Positions 8,486 through 18,551 of a stretch of DNA of 64,000 nucleotides are shown piece by piece. Location of the stretch: positions 113-64,112 of the forward strand of contig CATZGB010000015.1 in the NCBI GenBank assembly GCA_958418815.1. The letters run 5' to 3'. The position numbers were made by a program, and so were the translations under genes. Position 1 is the first letter of the stretch, and each line of letters opens with the position of its first letter. The notes under the pieces were generated by a model. That model was given only the letters and a program-made list of their open reading frames with translations, ran no database searches and was not told where the DNA came from. The DNA is from an uncultured Bacteroidales bacterium. GTDB lineage: Bacteria; Bacteroidota; Bacteroidia; Bacteroidales; Muribaculaceae.

Positions 8486-11026
8486 GGTATGGGGCGCAGT
8501 CGCGCTTCCCCGCTTGGAAAACAGACAAAACTTATTTCCCCATTGATATATCCCGATTCTTTTGAACACAAGACCGGATTCAACGCCGTCAGAACCCGGA
8601 TTTCTGAACTGTGCGCATCCTCGGCAGGCCGTAAGGAGGTCGAGGATATGGCGTTCATGACAGACTTCACGGCCATCTCCCGGGCACTTGGTGCCGTGGA
8701 CGAGATGGTCAGCGCCGTGTCGGCCGAGGGGGGCTTCTCGCTTGGGGCTGTGCCTGATCTTGCTGCACCTATGGCCCGGGCGCGTGCCGAGGGGGCTTTC
8801 CTCTCCGCCGAAGAGTTCCTGCTTGTCTCCAGGTCATTGGCCACCGCCGCTGAGGTGGCGCGTTTTTTTGCTGCCGGGCCAGCCTATGAGGAGGATGACG
8901 CGACCGAGGCAAATGTCGCCTATCCGTTGCTGCGCGAACAGGCCTCCTCTCTTGACCCGCTGCCGTTGTTGGCCAGGGAGATAGACAAGGTCATAGACCC
9001 CTATGGCAACGTGCGCGACAACGCTTCGCCCGAACTCGCGCGGATACGCTCGGAGCTGTCGCGCATCTCAGGCACTGCAAACGCGATACTGCGTCGTGTG
9101 ATGGCCCGCGCGGTGGAGGAGGGGCTGCTTGAGTCAGACGCCGCGCCGTCGGTGCGCGACGGCCGTCTTGTGATTCCGGTGCCGCCGATGAACAAGCGGC
9201 GCATACAGGGTATAGTCCATGACCAGTCGGCTTCGGGAAAGACTTATTTCATCGAACCTGCCGAGGTGGTTGAGGTCAACAACCGCCAGCGCCAGCTGCA
9301 GCTTGAGGAGCAACGCGAGATTGCCAGGATACTGATTCAACTGACAGCCTCGTTGCGGCCGTTCATGGCGGAAATCCTGGAGAACACCCGCAGGCTCGGC
9401 TGGTTTGACTTCGTGCTGGCCAAGGCGCGTTATGCGGGGGAGACCGGCGGCATGATGCCCCGCCTCTCTGCCGGGCAGGAACTTGAATGGTACCACGCCG
9501 TCCACCCGGTGTTGCTGCTCTCGTTGCGGTCGAAAGGGAAGGAGGTGGTGCCGCTTGACATCCGCCTTACCCCTGCCGAGCGCATCCTGGTGATTTCCGG
9601 CCCGAATGCCGGTGGAAAGTCGGTGTGTCTCAAGACTGTGGGCATTATCCAGTATATGACCCAGGCTGGTGTGCTGCCCCCGCTTTACGAGAACTCCAGG
9701 ATGGGGATATTCGATGACATTTTCATCGACATAGGCGATGACCAGTCGATTCTCGACGACCTGTCGACCTACTCCTCGCATCTACGCAACATGAAGCTGT
9801 TCCTGAAAAACGGACGTGTGGGCTCGTTGATGCTGATAGATGAGTTTGGTGCCGGCACAGAGCCGCAGATTGGCGGGGCGATGGCACAGGCGATTCTCGG
9901 TTCGCTCAACCGCCTCGGGGTGTGGGGAGTGGTCACCACCCATTTCCAGAATCTCAAGCTTTTCGCCCGCGACACTGAGGGGCTCGTCAATGGTTCGATG
10001 CTTTATGACAGGCAGCAGCTGCGCCCGCTCTTCAGGCTCGCCATAGGTTCGCCTGGAAGCTCGTTCGCCCTTGAAATCGCCCGCACCGCCGGGTTACCCA
10101 AGGAGGTGATTGACAATGCCCGCGAGATTGCAGGGTCAGACTATGTCAATCTCGACAAATACTTGCTCGACATCGCCCGCGACAGGCGCTATTGGGAAAA
10201 CAAGAGGCTCGACATCAAGCGCAAGGAGAAACAGCTCGACCAGACCCTCGCCCATTACGAGGAGGATGCCGAGACTCTGAGGGCGCGGCGCAAGGAGATT
10301 ATCGCCGAGGCCCGCGAGGAGGCCCGGCGGATTCTCGACTCCTCCAACGCCTCGGTGGAGCGCGCCATCCGCGAGATTCGTGAGGCCCAGGCCGACAAGG
10401 AGCGCACTCGCCTGGCGCGTGAGAAGCTCGCCCAGGAGAAGCAGGAACTGACAGACAGGCTCTCCGACGGCAGGGACGACTCGGAAAACAAGTTGCTGAA
10501 AAAGGCCCCGCGTCCCAAAAAAGCGGGTACCCATCCCAAGGAGCCACGCAAGGCCGAAGAGCCGCTCAAGCCGGGCGATTTCGTGAAGCTCGACGGGGGC
10601 GGGACGGTAGGTACTGTCATCGAAATAGCCGGGAACAATGCCGTGTGCTCATTCGGCATGCTGAAGACCACCGTCAAGGTGCAGCGCCTGAGCCGTACCA
10701 TGGGCAAACCCTCGTCAGGAGCCAAGTCCTCATCGTTCCTCAGCCGCTCTACGACCGACTCCCTCAGGGAGCGGCAGCTGTCGTTCAGGCCGGAAATCGA
10801 TGTCAGGGGGATGAGGGCTGATGAAGCCCTCCAGGCGGTGACTTATTTCATTGACGACGCGATACAGTTTCAGCAGTCGCCTGTCAGGATTCTGCACGGC
10901 ACCGGCACAGGCGCTTTGCGCCAGGCCCTGCGCCGTTATCTCGACACAGTCCCCGGGGTTGTCTCATATTCCGACGAGGATGTGCGTTTCGGCGGGGCCG
11001 GGATTACGGTGGTCAACCTGCGTTGA
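8486..11026 (+). CDS. mutS2: Endonuclease MutS2 (MutS ATPase plus C-terminal Smr domain)
   Basis: Walker A is GPNAGGKS, then LIDEFGAGTEP, a long coiled-coil region, and an Smr end (DVRGMRADEAL...ILHGTGTGALR). The start is uncertain. The ATG at 8486 is reported, but the in-frame TTG at 8543 would give MIYPDSFEHK, the usual MutS2 N-terminus. Confidence 0.9.
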   Translation, partial: GMGRSRASPLGKQTKLISPLIYPDSFEHKTGFNAVRTRISELCASSAGRKEVEDMAFMTDFTAISRALGAVDEMVSAVSAEGGFSLGAVPDLAAPMARARAEGAFLSAEEFLLVSRSLATAAEVARFFAAGPAYEEDDATEANVAYPLLREQASSLDPLPLLAREIDKVIDPYGNVRDNASPELARIRSELSRISGTANAILRRVMARAVEEGLLESDAAPSVRDGRLVIPVPPMNKRRIQGIVHDQSASGKTYFIEPAEVVEVNNRQRQLQLEEQREIARILIQLTASLRPFMAEILENTRRLGWFDFVLAKARYAGETGGMMPRLSAGQELEWYHAVHPVLLLSLRSKGKEVVPLDIRLTPAERILVISGPNAGGKSVCLKTVGIIQYMTQAGVLPPLYENSRMGIFDDIFIDIGDDQSILDDLSTYSSHLRNMKLFLKNGRVGSLMLIDEFGAGTEPQIGGAMAQAILGSLNRLGVWGVVTTHFQNLKLFARDTEGLVNGSMLYDRQQLRPLFRLAIGSPGSSFALEIARTAGLPKEVIDNAREIAGSDYVNLDKYLLDIARDRRYWENKRLDIKRKEKQLDQTLAHYEEDAETLRARRKEIIAEAREEARRILDSSNASVERAIREIREAQADKERTRLAREKLAQEKQELTDRLSDGRDDSENKLLKKAPRPKKAGTHPKEPRKAEEPLKPGDFVKLDGGGTVGTVIEIAGNNAVCSFGMLKTTVKVQRLSRTMGKPSSGAKSSSFLSRSTTDSLRERQLSFRPEIDVRGMRADEALQAVTYFIDDAIQFQQSPVRILHGTGTGALRQALRRYLDTVPGVVSYSDEDVRFGGAGITVVNLR

Positions 11027-11049
11027 TTTTCTAAGAGATATTAAGAGAT

Positions 11050-11556
11050 ATGCTGGAGATTGTGACTACCCGTTTTGGGAAAATGGCCATAGGTGTATGT
11101 CAAGGACAGGTACGCCTGTGTGACTGGGTCGGGTCGCGGCGCTTTCCCGGCCACTTGGCCGCATCGCGAAAGGCATTCCCCGGAATTGACACGGTTTGTG
11201 AGGCCGATGTGGAGCTTGTCTCGTCGGTAGCGGGATGGATTGACCGCTACCTTGACGGGGAGCATGAGGGCATGCCGTTTGACATCGCTCCGGTCGGCAC
11301 TCCGTTCCAGAAGAGCGTGTGGGCCGTTATCGCCGGAATCCCGTATGGAGGCACACTCTCATACTCCGCCCTTGCCTCGGCCATAGGGAATCCTCACGCG
11401 GTAAGGGCCGTGGCCTCGGCCTGCGCCTCTAATCCTGTCTCGCTCCTTGTGCCGTGCCACCGGGTGGTGGGCTCGGATGGCTCCCTCTCGGGATACGCCG
11501 GCGGCGTGGATGCCAAAGCCTCCCTCCTGGCTATGGAGCGCCTGTCCTCGGATTAA
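11050..11556 (+). CDS. ogt: Methylated-DNA--protein-cysteine methyltransferase
   Basis: Active-site motif PCHRVVGSDGSLSGYAGG, with the upstream FQKSVW...IPYG helix. Confidence 0.9.
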   Translation: MLEIVTTRFGKMAIGVCQGQVRLCDWVGSRRFPGHLAASRKAFPGIDTVCEADVELVSSVAGWIDRYLDGEHEGMPFDIAPVGTPFQKSVWAVIAGIPYGGTLSYSALASAIGNPHAVRAVASACASNPVSLLVPCHRVVGSDGSLSGYAGGVDAKASLLAMERLSSD

Positions 11557-11669
11557 CCGGAGATAGGGGAGTGGAGCCGTCTGGGCCGCCGTGATGCCGG
11601 TAGGGACATTTGGAAAGAGGGTCGTGGAAGTTTTTCGGGGTAATGTTGGGAAAACCGGGATAAATTTCG

Positions 11670-11677
11670 TAAATTTG
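11670..11677 (+). promoter_or_regulatory. -7 box TAAATTTG upstream of dnaN
   Basis: TAnnTTTG match about 50 nt upstream of the ATG at 11728. Confidence 0.45.
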
Positions 11678-11727
11678 CGTGTTAAACCATAGCTAACGAT
11701 ATTTTCCTAAAATATACAAGACCGACA

Positions 11728-12882
11728 ATGAAGTTCACTGTATCCAGCCGGGCCTTGTACTCGACTCTCTCGGGAGTCAGCAAGACCATCAATTCCAAAA
11801 ACACCCTGACGGTTCTCGACAATTTCCTCCTGGAAGTTGACGCCGAGAAGGAGTTGCTGACCGTGACGGCCTCCGACTCCGAGAACACTCTGGTCGCCCG
11901 TCTGGCTATAGGCCAGGCCGATGAGAGCGGCAGGTTTCTGGCCAATGCCAAGCGTCTCTGTGACATCGGGAAGGAGCTTCCGGCTGTCGATGTCGAGATT
12001 TCAGTCGACCTCGACTCCCTGGCGATGCAGATTGACTTCCCGGGCGGCAAATTCGACCTGGTGGCCCTCGACGCCAACCAGTACCCGGTGAGCAGCGACC
12101 CTCTCTCGGAGATTTCCGCCGCTGACGGCGATGTCCCCGCTGAATTGCTTCTCCCATCGTCGATGCTGATGTCAGGAATCGAGAACACCATTTTCGCGGT
12201 GGCGACCGACCAGATACGTCCCCAGCTGATGGGTATCCTCTGGGATGTGAAGCCCGACGGCATCATATTCGTGGCCACCGACACCCGCAAGCTTGTCAAA
12301 TATGAAAACAAGTCGGCGGCCCCCGGCATAGAGCGCCGTCTTATCCTGCCCCTCAAGCCGGCAGTGCTGCTCAAGCAGCTTCTTGCCAAAGAGGAGGATG
12401 TGAAGGTGGTGCTGACCGACAAGTCCGCCACGTTCACCACCGAGAAACTTACCCTGTCGTGCCGCCTCATAAAGGGCAATTTCCCCCCGTATGAGCGCGT
12501 CATCCCGGCTGACAACCCCTATGTGGCCACATTCGACCGCGAGTCGATTCTCACCGCAGTGCGCCGTGTCAGCGTGTGCGCCGATCCCGCCCATGGGCTG
12601 ATGAAGCTCCGGTTCACCCACGGCCTGCTTGAAATAAAGGTGGACGACACGAGCCACTCCACTTTCGCCGTCGAGAAGGTGCCATGCGACTACACCGGGC
12701 GTGACATCGTCATAGGATTCTCCGCCGGATATCTCATCGAGATATTCAACACCCTCCCGACCGAGAACATTCTGATGAAGCTCGCCGACCCCTCGCGTCC
12801 CGGAGTCTTCGTGCCCGAAGAGAACGCCGAGAACACCGACCTGGTCATCATCCTCATGCCGATGACCGTCCAGGATTTCTGA
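11728..12882 (+). CDS. dnaN: DNA polymerase III beta sliding clamp
   Basis: 384 aa. The N-terminus MKFTVSSRALYSTLSGVSKTI..., three-domain length and the end ...LMPMTV are typical of DnaN. Confidence 0.93.
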   Translation: MKFTVSSRALYSTLSGVSKTINSKNTLTVLDNFLLEVDAEKELLTVTASDSENTLVARLAIGQADESGRFLANAKRLCDIGKELPAVDVEISVDLDSLAMQIDFPGGKFDLVALDANQYPVSSDPLSEISAADGDVPAELLLPSSMLMSGIENTIFAVATDQIRPQLMGILWDVKPDGIIFVATDTRKLVKYENKSAAPGIERRLILPLKPAVLLKQLLAKEEDVKVVLTDKSATFTTEKLTLSCRLIKGNFPPYERVIPADNPYVATFDRESILTAVRRVSVCADPAHGLMKLRFTHGLLEIKVDDTSHSTFAVEKVPCDYTGRDIVIGFSAGYLIEIFNTLPTENILMKLADPSRPGVFVPEENAENTDLVIILMPMTVQDF

Positions 12883-12961
12883 CAATCCGATTGATCACAA
12901 CTCAAACTCATACCGCGCGCCTGACTCCGCAAAACGTCTCGGGCGCGTGTGGTCTAAGATA

Positions 12962-13729
12962 ATGAAACTGAAACTCGAAAGACCGGTGATGTTCTTCGAC
13001 CTGGAGACAACCGGTACCGACATCCTGCGCGACAGGATTGTCGAGATCTCAATGATAAAAGTGATGCCCGACGGGTCAGACGTGCAGCGTACCGTCAGGG
13101 TCAACCCGGGGTGTCCTATCCCGGCCGAGGCGACCGCCATCCACCATATAACCGACGAGGATGTCGCCGACAAGCCTTCTTTCAGGGAAATAGCGCAGAT
13201 GCTCGCCGACAGTTTCGCGGGCTGTGACCTGGCTGGTTTCAACTCCAACCGTTTCGACATACCGCTGCTGGCAGAGGAGTTTGCCCGCGTCGGCATTGAC
13301 TTCGACTTCGCGTCGGCCCGGTTCATCGATGTGCAGACCATCTTCCACAAGAAGGAGCAGCGCACCCTCTCGGCTGCCTACCGTTTTTATTGCAGCAAGG
13401 AGCTTGAAGACGCCCACTCGGCCAACGCCGACACACGCGCCACATATGAGGTGCTGATGGCCCAGCTCGACCGTTACTCCGACCTCCCCAACGATGTCGC
13501 GTTGCTGTCTGACTATTCGGCCCAGAACAAGAATGTCGACCTGATGGGCCGTCTGATATATGACGACCAGCGCCGGGAGGTGATAAATTTCGGCAAATAC
13601 AAGGGACAGCTCGCGGCCGATGTGCTGCGTCGCGATCCCGGCTATTTCAGCTGGATACAGCAGGGCGATTTCCCCTCCAACACCAAACGCGCTTTCATGG
13701 CCATAAAACTCCGCGCCCAGAAACACTGA
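12962..13729 (+). CDS. DEDD 3'-5' exonuclease (Pol III epsilon-like)
   Basis: Exo I motif FFDLETTG, Exo II GFNSNRFDIPLL and Exo III HSANADT. An alternative GTG start lies at 12947. Confidence 0.85.
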   Translation: MKLKLERPVMFFDLETTGTDILRDRIVEISMIKVMPDGSDVQRTVRVNPGCPIPAEATAIHHITDEDVADKPSFREIAQMLADSFAGCDLAGFNSNRFDIPLLAEEFARVGIDFDFASARFIDVQTIFHKKEQRTLSAAYRFYCSKELEDAHSANADTRATYEVLMAQLDRYSDLPNDVALLSDYSAQNKNVDLMGRLIYDDQRREVINFGKYKGQLAADVLRRDPGYFSWIQQGDFPSNTKRAFMAIKLRAQKH

Positions 13730-13741
13730 TTCACGCCAGAA

Positions 13742-14962
13742 ATGAAAAAGCATCTTGAAGGAAAACATATCGTTCTCGGCATAACAGGGGGCATCGCCGC
13801 CTACAAGTCGGCCATCCTCCTGCGTCTGCTGGTCAAGGCCGGAGCCGAAGTGCAGGTGGTGATGACTCCGTCGGCAAAGGAGTTCATCACTCCTGTGACG
13901 CTGTCGGCCCTGAGCGGAAAACCGGTGGTGAGCGAGTTCTTCACCGCCAACAGCGGCGAATGGCACAGCCATATCGACCTCGGACTGTGGGCTGACGCCA
14001 TGGTGATTGCTCCTGCCACCGCCTGCACCATCGGAAAGATGGCCAACGGTGTGGCCGACAACATGCTTGTCACCACCTACCTCTCGTCAAAGGCAAAGGT
14101 GTTCGTGGCCCCCGCGATGGATCTCGATATGATGGCCCATCCCTCCACCACAGAGAACCTGCGCCGTCTGCGAGACTACGGCAATATCATAATCGAACCC
14201 GCCGAGGGGGAGCTTGCCTCCCACCTTGTGGGAAAGGGACGTATGGAGGAGCCTGAGAAAATCGTCGAGGTGCTGGCCTCATATTTCAGGGACAAGGAAC
14301 TGACATCCCCCCTGGCCGGGAAAAAGGTGCTGGTGACCGCCGGGCCCACACGCGAGAAGATAGACCCCGTGAGGTACATATCAAATTACTCCACAGGCAA
14401 GATGGCCTATGCGGTCGCCGATGAGCTTGCCTCGCGTGGAGCCGAAGTAACAGTGGTCTCCGGGCCTGTGACAGTCAAGGCCGCCGAGCCTTCCGTCAAG
14501 GTGGTCGAGGTGGAGTCGGGCCGCGAGATGGCCGATGCTTGTCTCGGGCTGTTCCCCGCGTCTGACATCGCAGTGATGTGTGCGGCGGTCGCTGATTACA
14601 CCGTTGAGAACCCCTCCGCGACAAAGCTGAAACGCGAGGGCAACCTCCCCCCCGAAATCAAGCTGGTGAAGAATCCCGACATAGCCTGTCTGCTCGGGGG
14701 GATGAAGAAACCGGGCCAGATGCTGGTCGGTTTCGCCCTTGAGACCGACAATGAGGCATGCAATGCCCTCGACAAGATGCGGCGCAAAAATCTTGATATG
14801 ATTGTGCTGAACTCGCTCCGCGACAATGGTGCCGGGTTTGCCACCGACACCAACAAGGTGACGGTCTTTACCCGTGGCGAAGAATCGCCGGCTGAGTTTC
14901 CCCTCAAGTCAAAGCGTGAAGTGGCCGCCGACCTGGCCGACATGATGGAGGCCCGCGTCTGA
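13742..14962 (+). CDS. coaBC: Bifunctional phosphopantothenoylcysteine decarboxylase / phosphopantothenate-cysteine ligase
   Basis: N-terminal flavoprotein motif ILGITGGIAAYK, then PAMDLDM, with the C-terminal CoaB half (VTAGPTREKIDPVRYISNYSTGKM). Confidence 0.93.
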   Translation: MKKHLEGKHIVLGITGGIAAYKSAILLRLLVKAGAEVQVVMTPSAKEFITPVTLSALSGKPVVSEFFTANSGEWHSHIDLGLWADAMVIAPATACTIGKMANGVADNMLVTTYLSSKAKVFVAPAMDLDMMAHPSTTENLRRLRDYGNIIIEPAEGELASHLVGKGRMEEPEKIVEVLASYFRDKELTSPLAGKKVLVTAGPTREKIDPVRYISNYSTGKMAYAVADELASRGAEVTVVSGPVTVKAAEPSVKVVEVESGREMADACLGLFPASDIAVMCAAVADYTVENPSATKLKREGNLPPEIKLVKNPDIACLLGGMKKPGQMLVGFALETDNEACNALDKMRRKNLDMIVLNSLRDNGAGFATDTNKVTVFTRGEESPAEFPLKSKREVAADLADMMEARV

Positions 14963-15043
14963 CTCCCGCTTAGTGTCATCTATATCCTCTCCGCAGGGGC
15001 GTTTCTCCCCTCCGGGCCATACTCTTTCCAGAACAATCCTCAG

Positions 15044-16012
15044 ATGAGACATCATTTTTCAAAACATAATCCGTCTGACCGACACGCCTCGCGTGGCATC
15101 CTGCCGTTGGCCGTGTGGCTGATTGTGGTATTGTCGGCGGTCTGCCCGATGGCCCGCGCCCAGGAGCTGAACTGCCAGGTGGAGTTCAACACCGACCAGG
15201 TGCAGACCACCAACAAGAGTGTCTTCGAGACATTGAAAGAGGCGGTCACGGAGTATATGAATGAAAATCATTTCACCAACCTGCAGTTTGCCACCAACGA
15301 GCGCATCGACTGCCGGATGTATTTCACCATAAAGGAGTACACCGACAACAAGATGGCGGGCGACCTGCAGGTGCAGGTCTCGCGGCCGGTCTACAACACC
15401 AGTTACACCACGACGCTGCTGAATTTCAAGGACAACAAAATCGAATTCGAGTATCAGGAGGGGGAGCCGCTGACATTCAGCCTCAACACTATGGAGAGCC
15501 AGCTGACAGCCATACTGAATTTCTACGCCTACCTGTTCATTGCCTTGGACAGCGACTCTTTCGCTCCCAACGGCGGCCAGCCGATGTTTGACCAGCTGGC
15601 GCAGATTGTGCAGATGGCCCAGTCGTCAGGCGAAAGCGGCTGGAAAGCGTTTGAGGACAAGCGCAACAGGTCGGCGGTGCTGTCGGCGTTCACCGACCCG
15701 TCGACATCGGTGCTGCGCCGTATGCTCTACGATTACCACCGTCTCGGGCTTGACGAGATGGCCCTTTCACCCGACAAGGGGAGAGCCAAAATCACCGATT
15801 CGCTCGATGGGCTGACAACGGTGATGGATGTCGACGGTATGTCAGTGGGCCTTTCGATGTTCAAGGATGCCAAGCTTGACGAGCTTGTCAACATCTACAC
15901 CAAAGCCTCCCAGACCGAGCGCGACAAGGTGGTAGAGATACTCACCCCGATTTATCCCACCGAGATGAAGCGGATAAACATGATCAAGGCCGGGACAAAC
16001 AAGGAACAGTAA
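15044..16012 (+). CDS. DUF4835-like protein (Bacteroidetes protein conserved between coaBC and recN; possibly T9SS-associated)
   Basis: It has a signal/TM segment, and its synteny between coaBC and recN is typical of Bacteroidales. The family assignment is from memory and was not searched. Confidence 0.55.
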   Translation: MRHHFSKHNPSDRHASRGILPLAVWLIVVLSAVCPMARAQELNCQVEFNTDQVQTTNKSVFETLKEAVTEYMNENHFTNLQFATNERIDCRMYFTIKEYTDNKMAGDLQVQVSRPVYNTSYTTTLLNFKDNKIEFEYQEGEPLTFSLNTMESQLTAILNFYAYLFIALDSDSFAPNGGQPMFDQLAQIVQMAQSSGESGWKAFEDKRNRSAVLSAFTDPSTSVLRRMLYDYHRLGLDEMALSPDKGRAKITDSLDGLTTVMDVDGMSVGLSMFKDAKLDELVNIYTKASQTERDKVVEILTPIYPTEMKRINMIKAGTNKEQ

Positions 16013-16027
16013 ACAAGTGACGCCACG

Positions 16028-17686
16028 ATGATAGAGAATCTCCACATATCAAACTACGCTCTGATCGACCGTGTCGACATTGCGTTTCATCCGGGTTTCA
16101 ACATCATAACCGGAGAGACCGGGGCCGGGAAGTCGATAATGCTCGGGGCGCTTTCGCTGCTGCTCGGCGGACGTGCCGACACCAAGGCTGTCCGCGACCC
16201 GAAGGTCAAGTCGGTCATCGAGGCCACTTTCTCGGTGAAAGGGTATGGCTCCCTTGAGGCTGTCTGCACAGACAACGACATCGACTGGGATGCCGACCAT
16301 ATAATATTGAGGCGCGAGATAGCCCCCGGGGGCCGTTCGCGTGCCTTTGTCAATGACACACCGGTGACGGTGGCTGTCCTCCAGGAGATTGCCCTGCAGC
16401 TTGTCGACATCCACTCCCAGCACCAGAATCTGCTGTTGGTCTCTCCCCCTTACCAGCTGAGGGTCATCGACTCTCTCGCCGGCAACGGCGAGCGGCTGAA
16501 GAAGTTCGCCGAGGTGTATGGACGTTACCGCCAGGCCGTGAAACATTACCAGCTGACACGCCGCAATATCGAGCAGGCCCGTGACGAGGAGGAATACCTG
16601 CGTTACCAGTACCAGCAACTGGCCGATGCCCGCCTGGAGGCTGGCGAGCAGGACACCCTTGAACGCGAACGTGAGGTGCTGATAAACATGGCCGACATCA
16701 AGGACTCGCTCCGGCGGCTGCTGGATGCCCTCGGCGATGGCGATGAGAATGTGGATTCCTTGCTCAAGACAGCATCGGATGAGGCTGACTCGCTGACCGA
16801 CCTGCTTGAGGGCACTGAGGGTATCACCGAAAGGCTGCAGGTGCTGAGGGTGGAATGCCAGGACATCTACCAGACATTCTCTGATGCAGACCGGCAGCTG
16901 TCGGCCGACCCCAGGGAGATAGAGGCCGTAGAGGAGCGTCTCAATGAGATTTACGACCTCGAACGCCGCCACAAGGTCGACTCCGTTGAGGCCCTGATTG
17001 AGATTCGCGACGGTATGGAGGAGAAGCTTCGCGGGATAGACCTCGGAGACCAGTCGCTCCACTCTCTCGCCTTGGCCGCCAAAAGGGCCAAGAAGGAGGC
17101 GCTCGATCTCGCTCGCGAGATTTCAGCCGTCAGGAAAGAGACCGCTGTGGAGTTCGCGAGGATTCTGCGTGAAAGGGCGTTGCCGCTTGGCATGAAGAAC
17201 CTCCAGGTGGAGGTGGCGGTGAAGGAGACCGAACTGACAGCCACCGGAATAGATTTCATCGAGTTCCTGTTTGCCTTCAACAAAAACCAGCAGCCGATGC
17301 CGGTTGGCAACACAGCCTCGGGGGGCGAGATTTCCCGTCTGATGCTCTCGATAAAGTCGATTGTGGCTGACAAGATGCAGCTGCCGTCAATCATCTTCGA
17401 TGAGGTCGACACAGGGGTGTCGGGCGATGTCGCCAACCGTATGGGTGAGATGATGCATGAGATTTCCCGCAACATACAGGTTATGGCCATCACCCATCTG
17501 CCGCAGGTGGCCGCCCAGGGCAACGCCCATTACAAGGTCTTCAAGGAGGACACTGACACATCCACTGTCACCCGTGTCAGGGAGCTGACCGATGACGAAC
17601 GCGTCGATGAATTGGCCGTGATGCTTTCTGGCTCGGCTGTCAACGATGCCGCCCGTGCCAATGCCCGCTCGTTGCTCGGCCTGTGA
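16028..17686 (+). CDS. recN: DNA repair protein RecN
   Basis: Walker A is GETGAGKS, followed by a long coiled-coil middle, the SMC signature SGGEISRLMLS and Walker B IIFDEVDTGVSG. Confidence 0.93.
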   Translation: MIENLHISNYALIDRVDIAFHPGFNIITGETGAGKSIMLGALSLLLGGRADTKAVRDPKVKSVIEATFSVKGYGSLEAVCTDNDIDWDADHIILRREIAPGGRSRAFVNDTPVTVAVLQEIALQLVDIHSQHQNLLLVSPPYQLRVIDSLAGNGERLKKFAEVYGRYRQAVKHYQLTRRNIEQARDEEEYLRYQYQQLADARLEAGEQDTLEREREVLINMADIKDSLRRLLDALGDGDENVDSLLKTASDEADSLTDLLEGTEGITERLQVLRVECQDIYQTFSDADRQLSADPREIEAVEERLNEIYDLERRHKVDSVEALIEIRDGMEEKLRGIDLGDQSLHSLALAAKRAKKEALDLAREISAVRKETAVEFARILRERALPLGMKNLQVEVAVKETELTATGIDFIEFLFAFNKNQQPMPVGNTASGGEISRLMLSIKSIVADKMQLPSIIFDEVDTGVSGDVANRMGEMMHEISRNIQVMAITHLPQVAAQGNAHYKVFKEDTDTSTVTRVRELTDDERVDELAVMLSGSAVNDAARANARSLLGL

Positions 17687-17728
17687 CAGCGGTTGCCAAA
17701 CCATCATAATGAGAAAAAACAAACAGCG

Positions 17729-18472
17729 ATGCTTGAAAAAAACGAATATATTTTCGGCCTGAGGGCCGTCATTGAGGCCATTGAGGCCGGTAAGGACATC
17801 GACAAGGTGCTTGTCAGGAAAGACCTGTCGGGAGAGCTGGCCAAGGAGTTCTTCGAGGTGGCGAGACGCTACGGGATAGTGTTGCAGAGGGTTCCGGCCG
17901 AACGCATCGACCGCGTGACGCGCAAGAACCACCAGGGGGTGCTGGCCATCCTTTCGGCTGTTACCTATCATTCACTTGACAACATTGTCCCGCAGCTTTA
18001 CGAGGAGGGGAAAATGCCGTTTGTCGTGCTGCTCGACGGGGTGACCGATGTGCGCAACTTCGGGGCCATAGCCCGCACATGCGAGTGTGCGGGTGTCGAC
18101 GCCATCGTGATTCCCGAAAGGGGAGGGGTCGGTGTCAACGGCGACGCCATGAAGACATCGGCCGGCGCGCTCAACTATCTCCCTGTCTGCCGCGAGAAAT
18201 CGATATTGTCGGCTGTGCGCTTCCTCAAAGACAACGGCTATCAGATTGTGGCCGCCACCGAGAAGGGTGCGCGCGACTACACGTCCGGTGATTACACTGG
18301 GCCTGTCGGGCTCGTGATGGGGGCTGAGGATATCGGCATATCTCCTGAAATCCTGCGTATATCCGACACCCTCGCCGCCATCCCGCAGAGGGGCAACATC
18401 GGGTCGCTGAATGTCTCTGTGGCCGCCGGTGTTATGATTTACGAGGTTGTCCGCCAGCGTATGGCCCATTGA
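17729..18472 (+). CDS. rlmB: 23S rRNA (guanosine-2'-O)-methyltransferase, SpoU/TrmH family
   Basis: IFGLRAVIEAI substrate-binding N-domain, then SpoU motifs (LDGVTDVRNFGAIARTCE, LVMGAEDIGIS, GSLNVSVAAG). The start is taken at MLEKNEY. Confidence 0.85.
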   Translation: MLEKNEYIFGLRAVIEAIEAGKDIDKVLVRKDLSGELAKEFFEVARRYGIVLQRVPAERIDRVTRKNHQGVLAILSAVTYHSLDNIVPQLYEEGKMPFVVLLDGVTDVRNFGAIARTCECAGVDAIVIPERGGVGVNGDAMKTSAGALNYLPVCREKSILSAVRFLKDNGYQIVAATEKGARDYTSGDYTGPVGLVMGAEDIGISPEILRISDTLAAIPQRGNIGSLNVSVAAGVMIYEVVRQRMAH

Positions 18473-18551
18473 CGGGTGCCTGCCCCCTGCTGTCATTATC
18501 GTTTCGCTATTTATTGATGTATTATCACTGATACAGGTCAGTTATTTTGCT

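Noticed and set aside
13076-13972. Large antisense ORFs opposite real genes (for example 13076-13972, 16049-17062, 28668-29651, 31012-31965, 43742-45118, 59066-60283, 60956-61957)
   Set aside because: These are shadow ORFs typical of GC3-rich coding regions. Their translations are Arg/His/Gly/Leu-biased with no motifs, whereas the opposite strand carries clear homologs or operon structure.
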